NCBI RefSeq assembly: GCF_000283555.1
Contig: NC_016012.1
Coordinates: 1,050,001-1,082,000, forward strand
Reading direction: 5' to 3'
DNA: 32,000 nucleotides
DNA from: Candidatus Arthromitus sp. SFB-rat-Yit
GTDB taxonomy: Bacteria > Bacillota > Clostridia > Clostridiales > Clostridiaceae
A program made the position numbers and the translations under genes. Numbering within the stretch: position 1 is the stretch's first letter; the number at the start of each line of letters is the position of its first letter. The notes below the pieces were generated by a model. The model saw only the letters and a program-made list of their open reading frames with translations, made no database searches and was not told the origin of the DNA. Positions 19,312-28,034 of the stretch are shown piece after piece.

Positions 19312-19458
19312 ATTCTCCTCCTAATTACTATAAAAATGATGTATCAACATCAAAACAAAAAATATTAATCTGCTAAAAATATTTTTAAAATTTTAGTATT
19401 ACATATCAATTATAAAAATAATATGAAGTGTTAATATTTTAAAAAGAGGTTTGATTTA

Positions 19459-20208
19459 ATGAATACTTTAACAGATACTATTAACGCAAAGTTAAATCAT
19501 TTAAATTTAGATATTGAGGAATTCCTATATACAGAACTGTTGTTTATAACAAATCAATTAAAATATGATTTCAAAAATCACTCACTCAATAATCTTTCAA
19601 ATTATATTGAAATATTAAATGAAATTAAAACACTGAAGCAAAACACATTATCATATACAAATTCTCCCGTAGAATCTAACCCATCTGACTTATTAAATGA
19701 TATAGAAAACGCAATAGCTACATCTGGAAATGTCTATACAAAACCAAATCAGGATGACAGTTATTATTTTTATAATTTTAATCCTAACTATGGAGAAACG
19801 GATAAAAACTTAAATCTTATCTACAAATTGATAAATATCGAAGATTTTGATTTATTCCCTTTAAAAATAAGTGGACTAAAATTATTTGACAACGTATTTC
19901 TTGGACAAACTTTTAGAGATTCAATGAAAAAATTATTCTCTTTCTTGTTCATGTTAAATGAGCAACCGTTCATAGAACTCTGCAGTGAAAAATCAAAATA
20001 TTTTTCAAATTCTGCTTCTGATATGAACAAACCTATAGTGCTAAAAGAAAATGAATGTTACTTCGAATCAAATATAGATGAAGATGAAGCTATAGAAATG
20101 ATAAAAACATTTTTAAATTATATAAATATCGATTTATCTGCTTGTAAAGTCTTAACACAGTGCTCTACTAATAAATCCGATGAAAATTATATTACAATTG
20201 TTCTATAA
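19459..20208 (+). CDS. Hypothetical protein, 249 aa (only confident plus-strand gene in the window)
   Basis: Open frame with Shine-Dalgarno AAAGAGG upstream, acidic composition, terminator directly downstream. Confidence 0.75.
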   Translation: MNTLTDTINAKLNHLNLDIEEFLYTELLFITNQLKYDFKNHSLNNLSNYIEILNEIKTLKQNTLSYTNSPVESNPSDLLNDIENAIATSGNVYTKPNQDDSYYFYNFNPNYGETDKNLNLIYKLINIEDFDLFPLKISGLKLFDNVFLGQTFRDSMKKLFSFLFMLNEQPFIELCSEKSKYFSNSASDMNKPIVLKENECYFESNIDEDEAIEMIKTFLNYINIDLSACKVLTQCSTNKSDENYITIVL

Positions 20209-20212
20209 AATA

Positions 20213-20240
20213 AAGGCAACATATAAACATATGTTGCCTT
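20213..20240. terminator. Bidirectional terminator between convergent genes
   Basis: Perfect AAGGCAACATAT-AAAC-ATATGTTGCCTT hairpin between the plus gene (ends 20208) and the minus gene (ends 20272). Confidence 0.8.
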
Positions 20241-20271
20241 AAACTTTAAAGCTTATTATTTTATTACAAGC

Positions 20272-20625
20272 TTAATATTCAATATCTAATATACATATAG
20301 TATTATCTTCTAAGAAGTAATAAACAAACTCAACCATGTACTCATTTTCTAAACGAATTCTTATCTTATAGTATATATTACCTAAGAAATCAAATACATC
20401 CCTATATATATACTCAATAATATCATAATTTAAAATATCTTGAACTTTCTCTAAAAATATATCTTCATCTTTAAACTTTTTACATAAAAGAGTGTCCAAT
20501 ACCTCCACTAAAACTTCCCCCCATATCGATAATAATACAAGTCTAATTGCTAAATATGTAAATTCTAAACTATTTTTAATATTAATGTTATTACTATTAT
20601 AACATAATCTTTTAAAATTTTCCAC
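20272..20625 (-). CDS. Hypothetical protein, 117 aa
   Basis: Open frame 3 nt downstream of the DJ-1/PfpI gene, consistent with an operon; no recognised domain. Confidence 0.65.
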   Translation of the reverse strand: MENFKRLCYNSNNINIKNSLEFTYLAIRLVLLSIWGEVLVEVLDTLLCKKFKDEDIFLEKVQDILNYDIIEYIYRDVFDFLGNIYYKIRIRLENEYMVEFVYYFLEDNTICILDIEY

Positions 20626-20628
20626 ATA

Positions 20629-21174
20629 TTAAAATAAAATCATTTTACTCTTAACTTCATCACTGTCATTATCACCCTTCAACACCGACAATAATTTAAA
20701 ACCAAAATCAAATACAGATCCAGCACAATTAGACGTTATTACCCTATTATTTATAACAACCTTTTCTTTAACATACGTACCATTCTTTACATATTGCTCA
20801 AATCCTTCATAACAAGTAAATTTATTATCTTCAAGTAAACCAGCATCGCCCAGAATTACAGGAGCTGCACAAATTGCTGCTAAATATTTATTATTTGAAT
20901 GCATATACTCAATAAATTCAAATATTGGTTTGAAATTTCTTATCTCCTCAACTCCTTTAACCCCACCCGGAAATATTGCCATCTCATATTCTGAAAAATC
21001 AATGTCTTTAAATAATTTATCACACACAATTTTTATATCATGTGCTCCAACTACTTGTAAAGAATCTGTTATGGATACTATATCAACATCTACATTTCCT
21101 CTTCTTAAAATATCTATAATTCCAATAGATTCTAGTTCTTCAAATCCATTTGCATTAAAAATACAAACCTTCAT
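20629..21174 (-). CDS. DJ-1/PfpI family protein
   Basis: 181 aa; MKVCIFNANGFEELESIGIIDILRRG, YEMAIFPGGVKGVE and nucleophile motif AAICAAPVILGDAGLL. Confidence 0.9.
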   Translation of the reverse strand: MKVCIFNANGFEELESIGIIDILRRGNVDVDIVSITDSLQVVGAHDIKIVCDKLFKDIDFSEYEMAIFPGGVKGVEEIRNFKPIFEFIEYMHSNNKYLAAICAAPVILGDAGLLEDNKFTCYEGFEQYVKNGTYVKEKVVINNRVITSNCAGSVFDFGFKLLSVLKGDNDSDEVKSKMILF

Positions 21175-21340
21175 TATTTAATCACCTACGCTCAAAATAA
21201 AATTTTAATAAATATATAAACATTTACTTAAGTGTGCTATAATAGAAATATAGTTGCAAGTTATGTTTTGGGTAACTTCCATATATTATTAAATTAAACA
21301 TATTCTTCTCCTACTTTAACCTAAAACATATCTTGTAACC

Positions 21341-21790
21341 TTATTTTATTCCACTCGATCCAAATCCATTAACACCTCTATCAGTATCATGATTTATATA
21401 ATCCACTTTACATATTCTTACATCATATACAGGTTTTAATACTAATTGTGCAATTTTCATTCCTTCTTTTATCATAAAATCTTGTTTTCCATGATTTATA
21501 ATAACTATTTTAACTTCCCCTCTATATCCTTCATCTATTGTTCCTGGAGAATTTAATACAGTTAATTGATTGTTTAATGCAAGTCCACTCTTTGGTCTTA
21601 CCTGAATTTCAGTATTTTTAGGCAATTCCAATACAAGTCCAATAGATATTAATTCACTTTCTCCGCTTTTTATAAGTTTATTTTCTACAGAAAATACATC
21701 CATTCCTGCGTCACCATCATTTGCAAATTCTGGTAATTTAGAGTTTGAATATAATAATTTAACCTTTAATTCATACATTTTTATACCCAA
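21341..21790 (-). CDS. dut: Deoxyuridine 5'-triphosphate nucleotidohydrolase (dUTPase)
   Basis: DAGMDV, VRPKSGLALNNQLTVLNSPGTIDEGYRGEV, IAQLVL and C-terminal RGVNGFGSSG, the five dUTPase motifs. Start may be the internal MYELKV. Confidence 0.96.
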   Translation of the reverse strand: MGIKMYELKVKLLYSNSKLPEFANDGDAGMDVFSVENKLIKSGESELISIGLVLELPKNTEIQVRPKSGLALNNQLTVLNSPGTIDEGYRGEVKIVIINHGKQDFMIKEGMKIAQLVLKPVYDVRICKVDYINHDTDRGVNGFGSSGIK

Positions 21791-21856
21791 CCTATGTTAT
21801 TTTTAATTATATATTAATCCTTAATTTCGTTTAAAACTACCCCTAATTTTACAAAT

Positions 21857-22759
21857 TTATTTTAAAAATACACTGCTTCCACCTGTCGATAATTTCTTCA
21901 CATCTAAATTTAAATTATTAATCCTAACTTCTATACAATCATCAATAAACCTAACACTACTAACATCCAAATCTAAATCTAAATTTCCAAACGCCTTCAA
22001 CAAATCTTTAACAAAAATTTTTATAGGAATATGTTCTATATTAACTCCTGGAAAAACACAGTTTATCATCTTAACTTGTATATATAATAAATTTTCCCTT
22101 AACTCCTTTATATTTAAAGAAATATCTCCAACCTCAAATGAACCAATTATTATCCCTTTTAAATAAATAGCTTGACTCACATCTATTCCAGAGATAGAAA
22201 AGTTGCCACTCTTTACAAAATCTCTAACAAAAGACATTATATCATCACCTGAAAGTCTTAATATGGTCTGTGTAAGTTTCAAAAATATCCCTCCATTTTT
22301 GTTTGAATTTTTATTTCTTGGATTAATCTTTACATTTATATCTTTTGAAATAATATGAATAAAACCATTTTTAGTAACTACATTTTTCAAATCAAAACTA
22401 AAATTTGAATGTTTAATTAAATTATTTAAATCTATTTCAAAAGTATGTTTATTTAATTTGTTTTCACTTATAATATTCATTGGAAAAAGTTTTATAAATA
22501 TATCAATTATGGACTTTGGGATACATATCCCATTAAAACTTATCTTTGTTATCTTAATATGAATTTTATTATCATGAACCTTAAGTATCTTAAAATGTAA
22601 ATTTAAATTTCTAAATATTTTATAACTAATATTTTTTATTTGTACTTCATCAACAATCTTGATCTCTTTAAAGTGAATCTTCCTACTCGCTAAAAATTTA
22701 ATTAAAATGTGTGTTAAATCTCTTTCACTGAGCAAAATAGAAATATTAGTTAACTTCAT
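21857..22759 (-). CDS. Hypothetical protein, 300 aa (possible lipid/envelope-associated beta fold)
   Basis: Intact ORF, alternating beta pattern; DUF2993/LmeA-like resemblance is only impressionistic. Confidence 0.65.
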   Translation of the reverse strand: MKLTNISILLSERDLTHILIKFLASRKIHFKEIKIVDEVQIKNISYKIFRNLNLHFKILKVHDNKIHIKITKISFNGICIPKSIIDIFIKLFPMNIISENKLNKHTFEIDLNNLIKHSNFSFDLKNVVTKNGFIHIISKDINVKINPRNKNSNKNGGIFLKLTQTILRLSGDDIMSFVRDFVKSGNFSISGIDVSQAIYLKGIIIGSFEVGDISLNIKELRENLLYIQVKMINCVFPGVNIEHIPIKIFVKDLLKAFGNLDLDLDVSSVRFIDDCIEVRINNLNLDVKKLSTGGSSVFLK

Positions 22760-22787
22760 CGATCATCTCCTGAAACAAAAAAATAAA

Positions 22788-22820
22788 AAGCACATACCTT
22801 ATATATTTAGATATATGCTT
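22788..22820 (-). terminator. Terminator after the 955-aa secreted protein gene
   Basis: Minus strand AAGCATATA...TATGTGCTT (one mismatch) followed by TTTTATTTTTTT. Confidence 0.5.
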
Positions 22821-22859
22821 ATCTTCTTCATTCTTATTCTATATTTAATTATTTTTCTT

Positions 22860-25727
22860 TTACTTCTCTTTTAACTGCTTCTCTAAAGATTTAAATCTAA
22901 CATTTGTAAACATTTTTTCTATTATAGTTCTTATAGATTTATTCATTTCTTCGCTTTTTAAAATTTTATTGAAATCATTTACCCATAAATTAAGACTTTG
23001 GTCACTTGGACTACTACCATAAATTACATTATACATTATTTTTATTTTCTCAGAATTATCTATGTATTTATTTTCAAAATTTTCTTCCTTAATTACGCTA
23101 AAAATAAAATTTCTAAGATCAACTTCCTTTTTCATTAATTTGTTATACCAAAACCAAAATTCACCTTCACTTGGAAATTCAATACTATTTTCATTCTTGT
23201 CTACCCCATTTTTAATATTTATATAAGTGCTTGAAATAAAATTTTTAATGTCATCCTCAGATTTTGGACACTTAAACTCTGGTAAATTTATCTTTAGTGT
23301 ACAACCTTTATCATTTTTAACTTCTATTTTAAAATCTTTATAAATTTTAAGTGGAACTAAATTTTTAATTGAAACATATCCATTTTCAATTTTAATTTCA
23401 ACTTTTTCAATTCCACACAAAACTTGATCAACTTTAAAAGAGTCATCAATATGATATTTGAATTTAATATCTCCATCTCCAAATTCAATAGAATTTATAT
23501 CTATAACTTTAATTTCTTCCTCATCGTCCATTATTTCTTCCTTATTTATAATTTTATCCGAAATATCTCTTTCATATTTTTTATCTTCTTTAATATTATT
23601 ATTAAATTCTAATATAAGAAATTCTCTTTCACCATTTTCCAAATAATAATTCAAATATATTAAATACGAATTATTTTCTTCAAAGCCTATTTGTTTTGGA
23701 ATGCTTAATTCTCCATTTTCATTTTTAGAAATATTTAAAATTGGTGTATCCAATAATTGAATACCTGTTGATTTATTTTTTATCCCAACAATGTCTATAC
23801 TACCGCTAATATTTAAATGTTTTGAATTCAAAACTAACATATTTTCATTTGTAAAATATCCAGTGACATATTTTATATTGTTATTTTCTTCAATAACTAT
23901 AGGTATAATTTCATCAAATTTAACTCCATTGATCTTAATTCTAATTCCATATTTATATTCAGCAACTATCGCACCTTTTAATTTTATAATTCCTTTTTTA
24001 GAATTTAATATCGTTCCTTTATCCTTGTCTATCAAATTAAAATTAATATCATCTAAATTAAAAACGCTGTCTATCTCTATCAAATCATAATTGCTAATAC
24101 AATCTATATTTTTAAAACAAACTTCTACCTCATGACTTGTGTTTTTGCTTTTAGCAATTGCTCCTTTAAAAGATATATTATTATTAACACTTACTTTCAA
24201 AACATCATCAAGCTCAATATCATTAATTTTGAATCTCACAAAATAATTATTTCTCGTATCCAATGTTTGATTTATGAATATACTTCCATTTAACTTTTCT
24301 ATCCTAGTATTGTAATTAGATTTTAAAAGATTCTTACCGTCACCTCCATCTTTAAAAACTCCAATCACCTTAACAACATCTGTTATTTTTAATCCCTTAG
24401 CATGATCCAAAGATATAAAAATTTTATTACTTATAACATCAGTTAACGCACTTGCATTTGATAAGTCTATAGGAATAACTTCAACACCAAAACCATTCAT
24501 CAAAAATCCATTTATCTTAAGTATGAGTTCATATGAGTTTCCTGACTCAATCCTTCCAAGAATATCAATCGTATTAACTTTATTTGTTAATTGGCATGGA
24601 GAGATTAAATTTTTCTCTTTCTCTTTAATGTCATGTAAAGATACGACTTCTATAACATCATCTTTACTCAAATTATTAATTCCGCTTAAATCTACTCTTA
24701 AATCTTTACCAACTTTTTCAATAGCAGTTGCTTTAATTTTTGAAATATCAAGATCCGTAACACTCACATCACAATCATCTTGTGGATCCAAATCAATTCC
24801 GTTTACTCTTAATCTTACCTTATATTTTTTGCCATGAGTTAAGGCATTTTTTAATACTATCTCACCTTGAAAATTTGTAATTTGATTTTGATTACAATCA
24901 AGATTTAATAACATATTCTCATTTGGATTCAATTCATCATAAACACTAACAACATAAACCTTATCATTTTCACTAATTCCACTATCTTTATCTATGCATA
25001 TATTTAATTTGTCAGATGCTTGAGAAATTATATTTAATTTCACGTTTCCTTTAACATTTATCTCCCTATAAACTGGGTTGATATGAAACGAATCTATTCC
25101 AACTATTTCAGATCCTTTTTTCAATAATACCGTATATGTAGATGTAGTTAAATCATTTATATCGTTTATATGTATAGTTGCCTTCCCTTCATTGTCTAAT
25201 TTAGAATTGCCAATTTTTGAATCATTTTTAAAAATACTTACCTCTGAATCACACAATAATTTACTCGTATCTTCAATTTCCAAACTATCCTTTAAGTCGT
25301 TATATGTAACCTTAATATCTAAAAATTTATAACCTTGATCACATTTATTTACAATTTTATAAACCTGACCAAGCTCTTTTGTATTCAAAACAATCGTATA
25401 TGTATCATCTTCTAAATTTGTCACAGGTTCACCTGATGAATCCAACAAAATTCTTCCATCATTTGAAAAAGTATATGAAATTGATTTATTTATAAGTTTG
25501 ACATCTAAAATAGTTACATTATTTGGAATATTTATTAATTTGTATACAGCATCTTCCTTTTTGGGACTTTCGTCTTTCACTATGCTAATTCCTAAAACAC
25601 TTTTGATTTCAAGTTTATTTACTATCTTTGAAATTGAATTTGCATTTAATTTATTGCCTATTAACATCATGAAAACCACCATACAAAAAACAAATGTTTT
25701 AATTGTATATCGATGTTTTATCTTCAT
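22860..25727 (-). CDS. Large secreted or surface protein with divergent tandem Ig-like repeats, 955 aa
   Basis: Signal peptide-like N-terminus (YTIKTFVFCMVVFMMLIGNKLNANSI). Recurrent blocks ending KYKVRLRVNGIDLD / SYELILKINGFLMN / NYFVRFKINDIELDD / KYGIRIKINGVKFDE. Confidence 0.8.
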   Translation of the reverse strand: MKIKHRYTIKTFVFCMVVFMMLIGNKLNANSISKIVNKLEIKSVLGISIVKDESPKKEDAVYKLINIPNNVTILDVKLINKSISYTFSNDGRILLDSSGEPVTNLEDDTYTIVLNTKELGQVYKIVNKCDQGYKFLDIKVTYNDLKDSLEIEDTSKLLCDSEVSIFKNDSKIGNSKLDNEGKATIHINDINDLTTSTYTVLLKKGSEIVGIDSFHINPVYREINVKGNVKLNIISQASDKLNICIDKDSGISENDKVYVVSVYDELNPNENMLLNLDCNQNQITNFQGEIVLKNALTHGKKYKVRLRVNGIDLDPQDDCDVSVTDLDISKIKATAIEKVGKDLRVDLSGINNLSKDDVIEVVSLHDIKEKEKNLISPCQLTNKVNTIDILGRIESGNSYELILKINGFLMNGFGVEVIPIDLSNASALTDVISNKIFISLDHAKGLKITDVVKVIGVFKDGGDGKNLLKSNYNTRIEKLNGSIFINQTLDTRNNYFVRFKINDIELDDVLKVSVNNNISFKGAIAKSKNTSHEVEVCFKNIDCISNYDLIEIDSVFNLDDINFNLIDKDKGTILNSKKGIIKLKGAIVAEYKYGIRIKINGVKFDEIIPIVIEENNNIKYVTGYFTNENMLVLNSKHLNISGSIDIVGIKNKSTGIQLLDTPILNISKNENGELSIPKQIGFEENNSYLIYLNYYLENGEREFLILEFNNNIKEDKKYERDISDKIINKEEIMDDEEEIKVIDINSIEFGDGDIKFKYHIDDSFKVDQVLCGIEKVEIKIENGYVSIKNLVPLKIYKDFKIEVKNDKGCTLKINLPEFKCPKSEDDIKNFISSTYINIKNGVDKNENSIEFPSEGEFWFWYNKLMKKEVDLRNFIFSVIKEENFENKYIDNSEKIKIMYNVIYGSSPSDQSLNLWVNDFNKILKSEEMNKSIRTIIEKMFTNVRFKSLEKQLKEK

Positions 25728-25819
25728 TTGAACTACTCCTTTAAAATATGGTTTGTTTTTAGTATGGTAATTCTATTTAATTATAATTAGTTAAAATTTT
25801 TTCCATATGTAAAAACAAA

Positions 25820-25855
25820 AAGGCAAGTTGCTAAAACAATTTAACAACTTACCTT
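25820..25855 (-). terminator. Terminator after the amidase gene
   Basis: AAGGCAAGTTG...CAACTTACCTT (one mismatch); TTTGTTTTT follows on the minus strand. Confidence 0.65.
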
Positions 25856-25867
25856 AAATTTTTAATA

Positions 25868-26545
25868 TTATTCTTCTATATCTTCAACGACACTTCTTAA
25901 AGATTTATCAAAATCATCATCATCTCGTAGAACAAAATCATCAATATAGAAACTATCCAAATAAGTTTCTATAAATTCTCTACATCTATAACGAATTTGT
26001 ATCTCTATATCCAAAGCATCACTCCCACTTTGTAACACATTGAATATAAAACTCGTCAAGTCATAAAATCCACCCCAAAGACTCCAATTATTTGGACTCA
26101 TAAACTCAGGACAAACTTTCCTACTTGCATCATAGTGTCTAACAAGCCTATCCATTTTTAAGTCATGCTTAATTAGAAGCTCAGCAGCCAATCTAGCCAT
26201 ACCTAAAATATTATTCTTATGATCAGAGTCTTTATTAACACACATCCCTATTCCAATACTATTATCATTTGTTATCCCATATTTGCCTCGGCCATCCCCA
26301 CAATGCCAAGATCTGTACTCTTCACCTACAAAATTATAAATTTTATACTCATTTCCTTCATTTCCAACTAAATAATGATAACTTGCATTATCAGATACAT
26401 TTTCAAAAAAGTTGTAATGCCTATCTAATCCAGAACCTTCATCCCAATTTCCTGTATCATGAATTACTACATATTCAATTTTTTTATTTTCTCTATTTGA
26501 AAAATTATTAGATATTAATCTTTCTTTCAATAAATATTGTTTCAT
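25868..26545 (-). CDS. N-acetylmuramoyl-L-alanine amidase (Amidase_2-type)
   Basis: 225 aa; IEYVVIHDTGNWDEGSG, ASYHYLVGNEGNEYKIYNFVGEEYRSWHCGDG, SIGIGMCVN, LVRHYDASRKVCPEFM. Confidence 0.9.
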   Translation of the reverse strand: MKQYLLKERLISNNFSNRENKKIEYVVIHDTGNWDEGSGLDRHYNFFENVSDNASYHYLVGNEGNEYKIYNFVGEEYRSWHCGDGRGKYGITNDNSIGIGMCVNKDSDHKNNILGMARLAAELLIKHDLKMDRLVRHYDASRKVCPEFMSPNNWSLWGGFYDLTSFIFNVLQSGSDALDIEIQIRYRCREFIETYLDSFYIDDFVLRDDDDFDKSLRSVVEDIEE

Positions 26546-26628
26546 GTTTCACCTTAAAAAATTATTATTGTATATCATAATATTTATAAAACATTTTTAG
26601 TATTCATTTAATTTTTTATCAATCTCTA

Positions 26629-27933
26629 TTAATCAAAAATTAATTTCTTCGTAATGCTTCTTACTCTCACAACAAAATTTATAAATATGAGCGATAAACC
26701 TTCAGAAAAAATTAAACTCATCCATATTCCAGTTAACCCAAACAATTTTGATAAAATTATTAGACTTATAGGTAGAAAAACAAAAGACCTAAATATACAA
26801 ATTACATTTGAATATTTAGGAATCTCCATTGATTGATAATAAATACTTGTAGTTAAATTTATTCCCAAAATAAAGAATGCTAAATTTGACACATTAAGTC
26901 CAAAATATGCAATACTCATAATTTCCAAATCAGACGTAAATATTCCAATCAAACTATTTCCCCATATTAAACATATTAAAACATAAATAAATGTTAACAG
27001 AAATCCAAACTTTTTTGAAAATCCATAAAATTTAAGCATATCTTTCCCATTCTTTTCTCCAAAAGAATAACTTATAAGAGGCTGTACTCCAAAATTCATT
27101 CCAAGAAGTACCATATAAATGTTTGAATTTATATAATTTATAACACTAAATGCCGTTAATGCCTTACTACCTACAAAAAATATGAGAGCAATGTTATAGA
27201 AAAATATAATCATTGAGAATGTTATTTCTGCAAGAAACGATGGAAAACCAATCATTACTATACTCTTTAATATGTTTAAATCAAACGTTGATCTTTTAAA
27301 TTTCAATAATCCTCTCTTAAAAATAAAATGATTCATCAAAATTATTATAGTTAATATTTGTCCAATTCCAGTTGCTAATGCTGCACCCTGTATTCCCCAT
27401 CTAAATTTAAATATAAAAATATAATCGAGCACTATGTTCGTAATCGCCCCAAATATATTCGCAGTCATTCCAAGTTTTGGATTACCATCATTTCTCACAA
27501 AGCTATTTATAACAATACCTATTAAATTAAAGCTACAAAATAAAGAATAATATTTCAAATACTCTGAAGAATAATACAAAATTTCATCACGTGCCCCAAT
27601 TAAATACATTATCTTATTGCATCCAAAGAAAGCAATTAAACTTAACATTAGACTCAATATAACAATGAGTCTTATAGTTTGTCCAAATATATTTTGTGCC
27701 TTAATCTTATTATTCTCTCCAAAACTTTTAGAAACAAGAGATCCACCTCCAACTGCTATCATAGTAGCCAATCCAAAATACATTATAGTAATTGGCAAAA
27801 CCATATTCACTGCAGCAAGACCAGTATCTCCTATTCCTCTTCCTACAAAAATTCCATCCATTATCGTATAAAGTGATGTGACTAGCATAGCTATCATAGA
27901 CGAAATTGAATATTTAAAAAACATTTTTACCAT
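26629..27933 (-). CDS. MATE family efflux transporter
   Basis: 434 aa, about 12 TM; YTIMDGIFVGRGIGDTGLAAVNMVLPI, GGGSLVSKSFGENN, NFGVQPLISYSFG. Confidence 0.92.
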   Translation of the reverse strand: MVKMFFKYSISSMIAMLVTSLYTIMDGIFVGRGIGDTGLAAVNMVLPITIMYFGLATMIAVGGGSLVSKSFGENNKIKAQNIFGQTIRLIVILSLMLSLIAFFGCNKIMYLIGARDEILYYSSEYLKYYSLFCSFNLIGIVINSFVRNDGNPKLGMTANIFGAITNIVLDYIFIFKFRWGIQGAALATGIGQILTIIILMNHFIFKRGLLKFKRSTFDLNILKSIVMIGFPSFLAEITFSMIIFFYNIALIFFVGSKALTAFSVINYINSNIYMVLLGMNFGVQPLISYSFGEKNGKDMLKFYGFSKKFGFLLTFIYVLICLIWGNSLIGIFTSDLEIMSIAYFGLNVSNLAFFILGINLTTSIYYQSMEIPKYSNVICIFRSFVFLPISLIILSKLFGLTGIWMSLIFSEGLSLIFINFVVRVRSITKKLIFD

Positions 27934-28001
27934 AACCTATCTCCAAATAAGTTTAAAACATAAATCTTTAAAGATAGTTTGTACAAATCCCAAAATAAAA
28001 A

Positions 28002-28027
28002 CCACTAAATTTTAAATAATTTAGTGG
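28002..28027 (-). terminator. Terminator after the BceB-like permease gene
   Basis: Perfect CCACTAAATT-TTAAAT-AATTTAGTGG; TTTTTATTTT follows on the minus strand. Confidence 0.75.
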
Positions 28028-28034
28028 CTTAAAT

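Noticed and set aside
19459-20625. The 249-aa and 117-aa hypotheticals as a convergent toxin-antitoxin or as missing BREX subunits (BrxA/BrxB)
   Set aside because: They are in opposite orientation, separated by a terminator, and show no similarity I can recognise to BrxA, BrxB or TA families; no sequence evidence links them to the brxC-pglX pair.
23424-25731. Several plus-strand ORFs antisense to the 955-aa gene, and similar ones at 19821..20030 (minus), 20930..21181, 26269..26511, 26654..26836, 27617..27876, 29275..29472, 30352..30627 and 31765..31962
   Set aside because: Low-complexity shadow frames opposite or overlapping genes with strong protein-level support.
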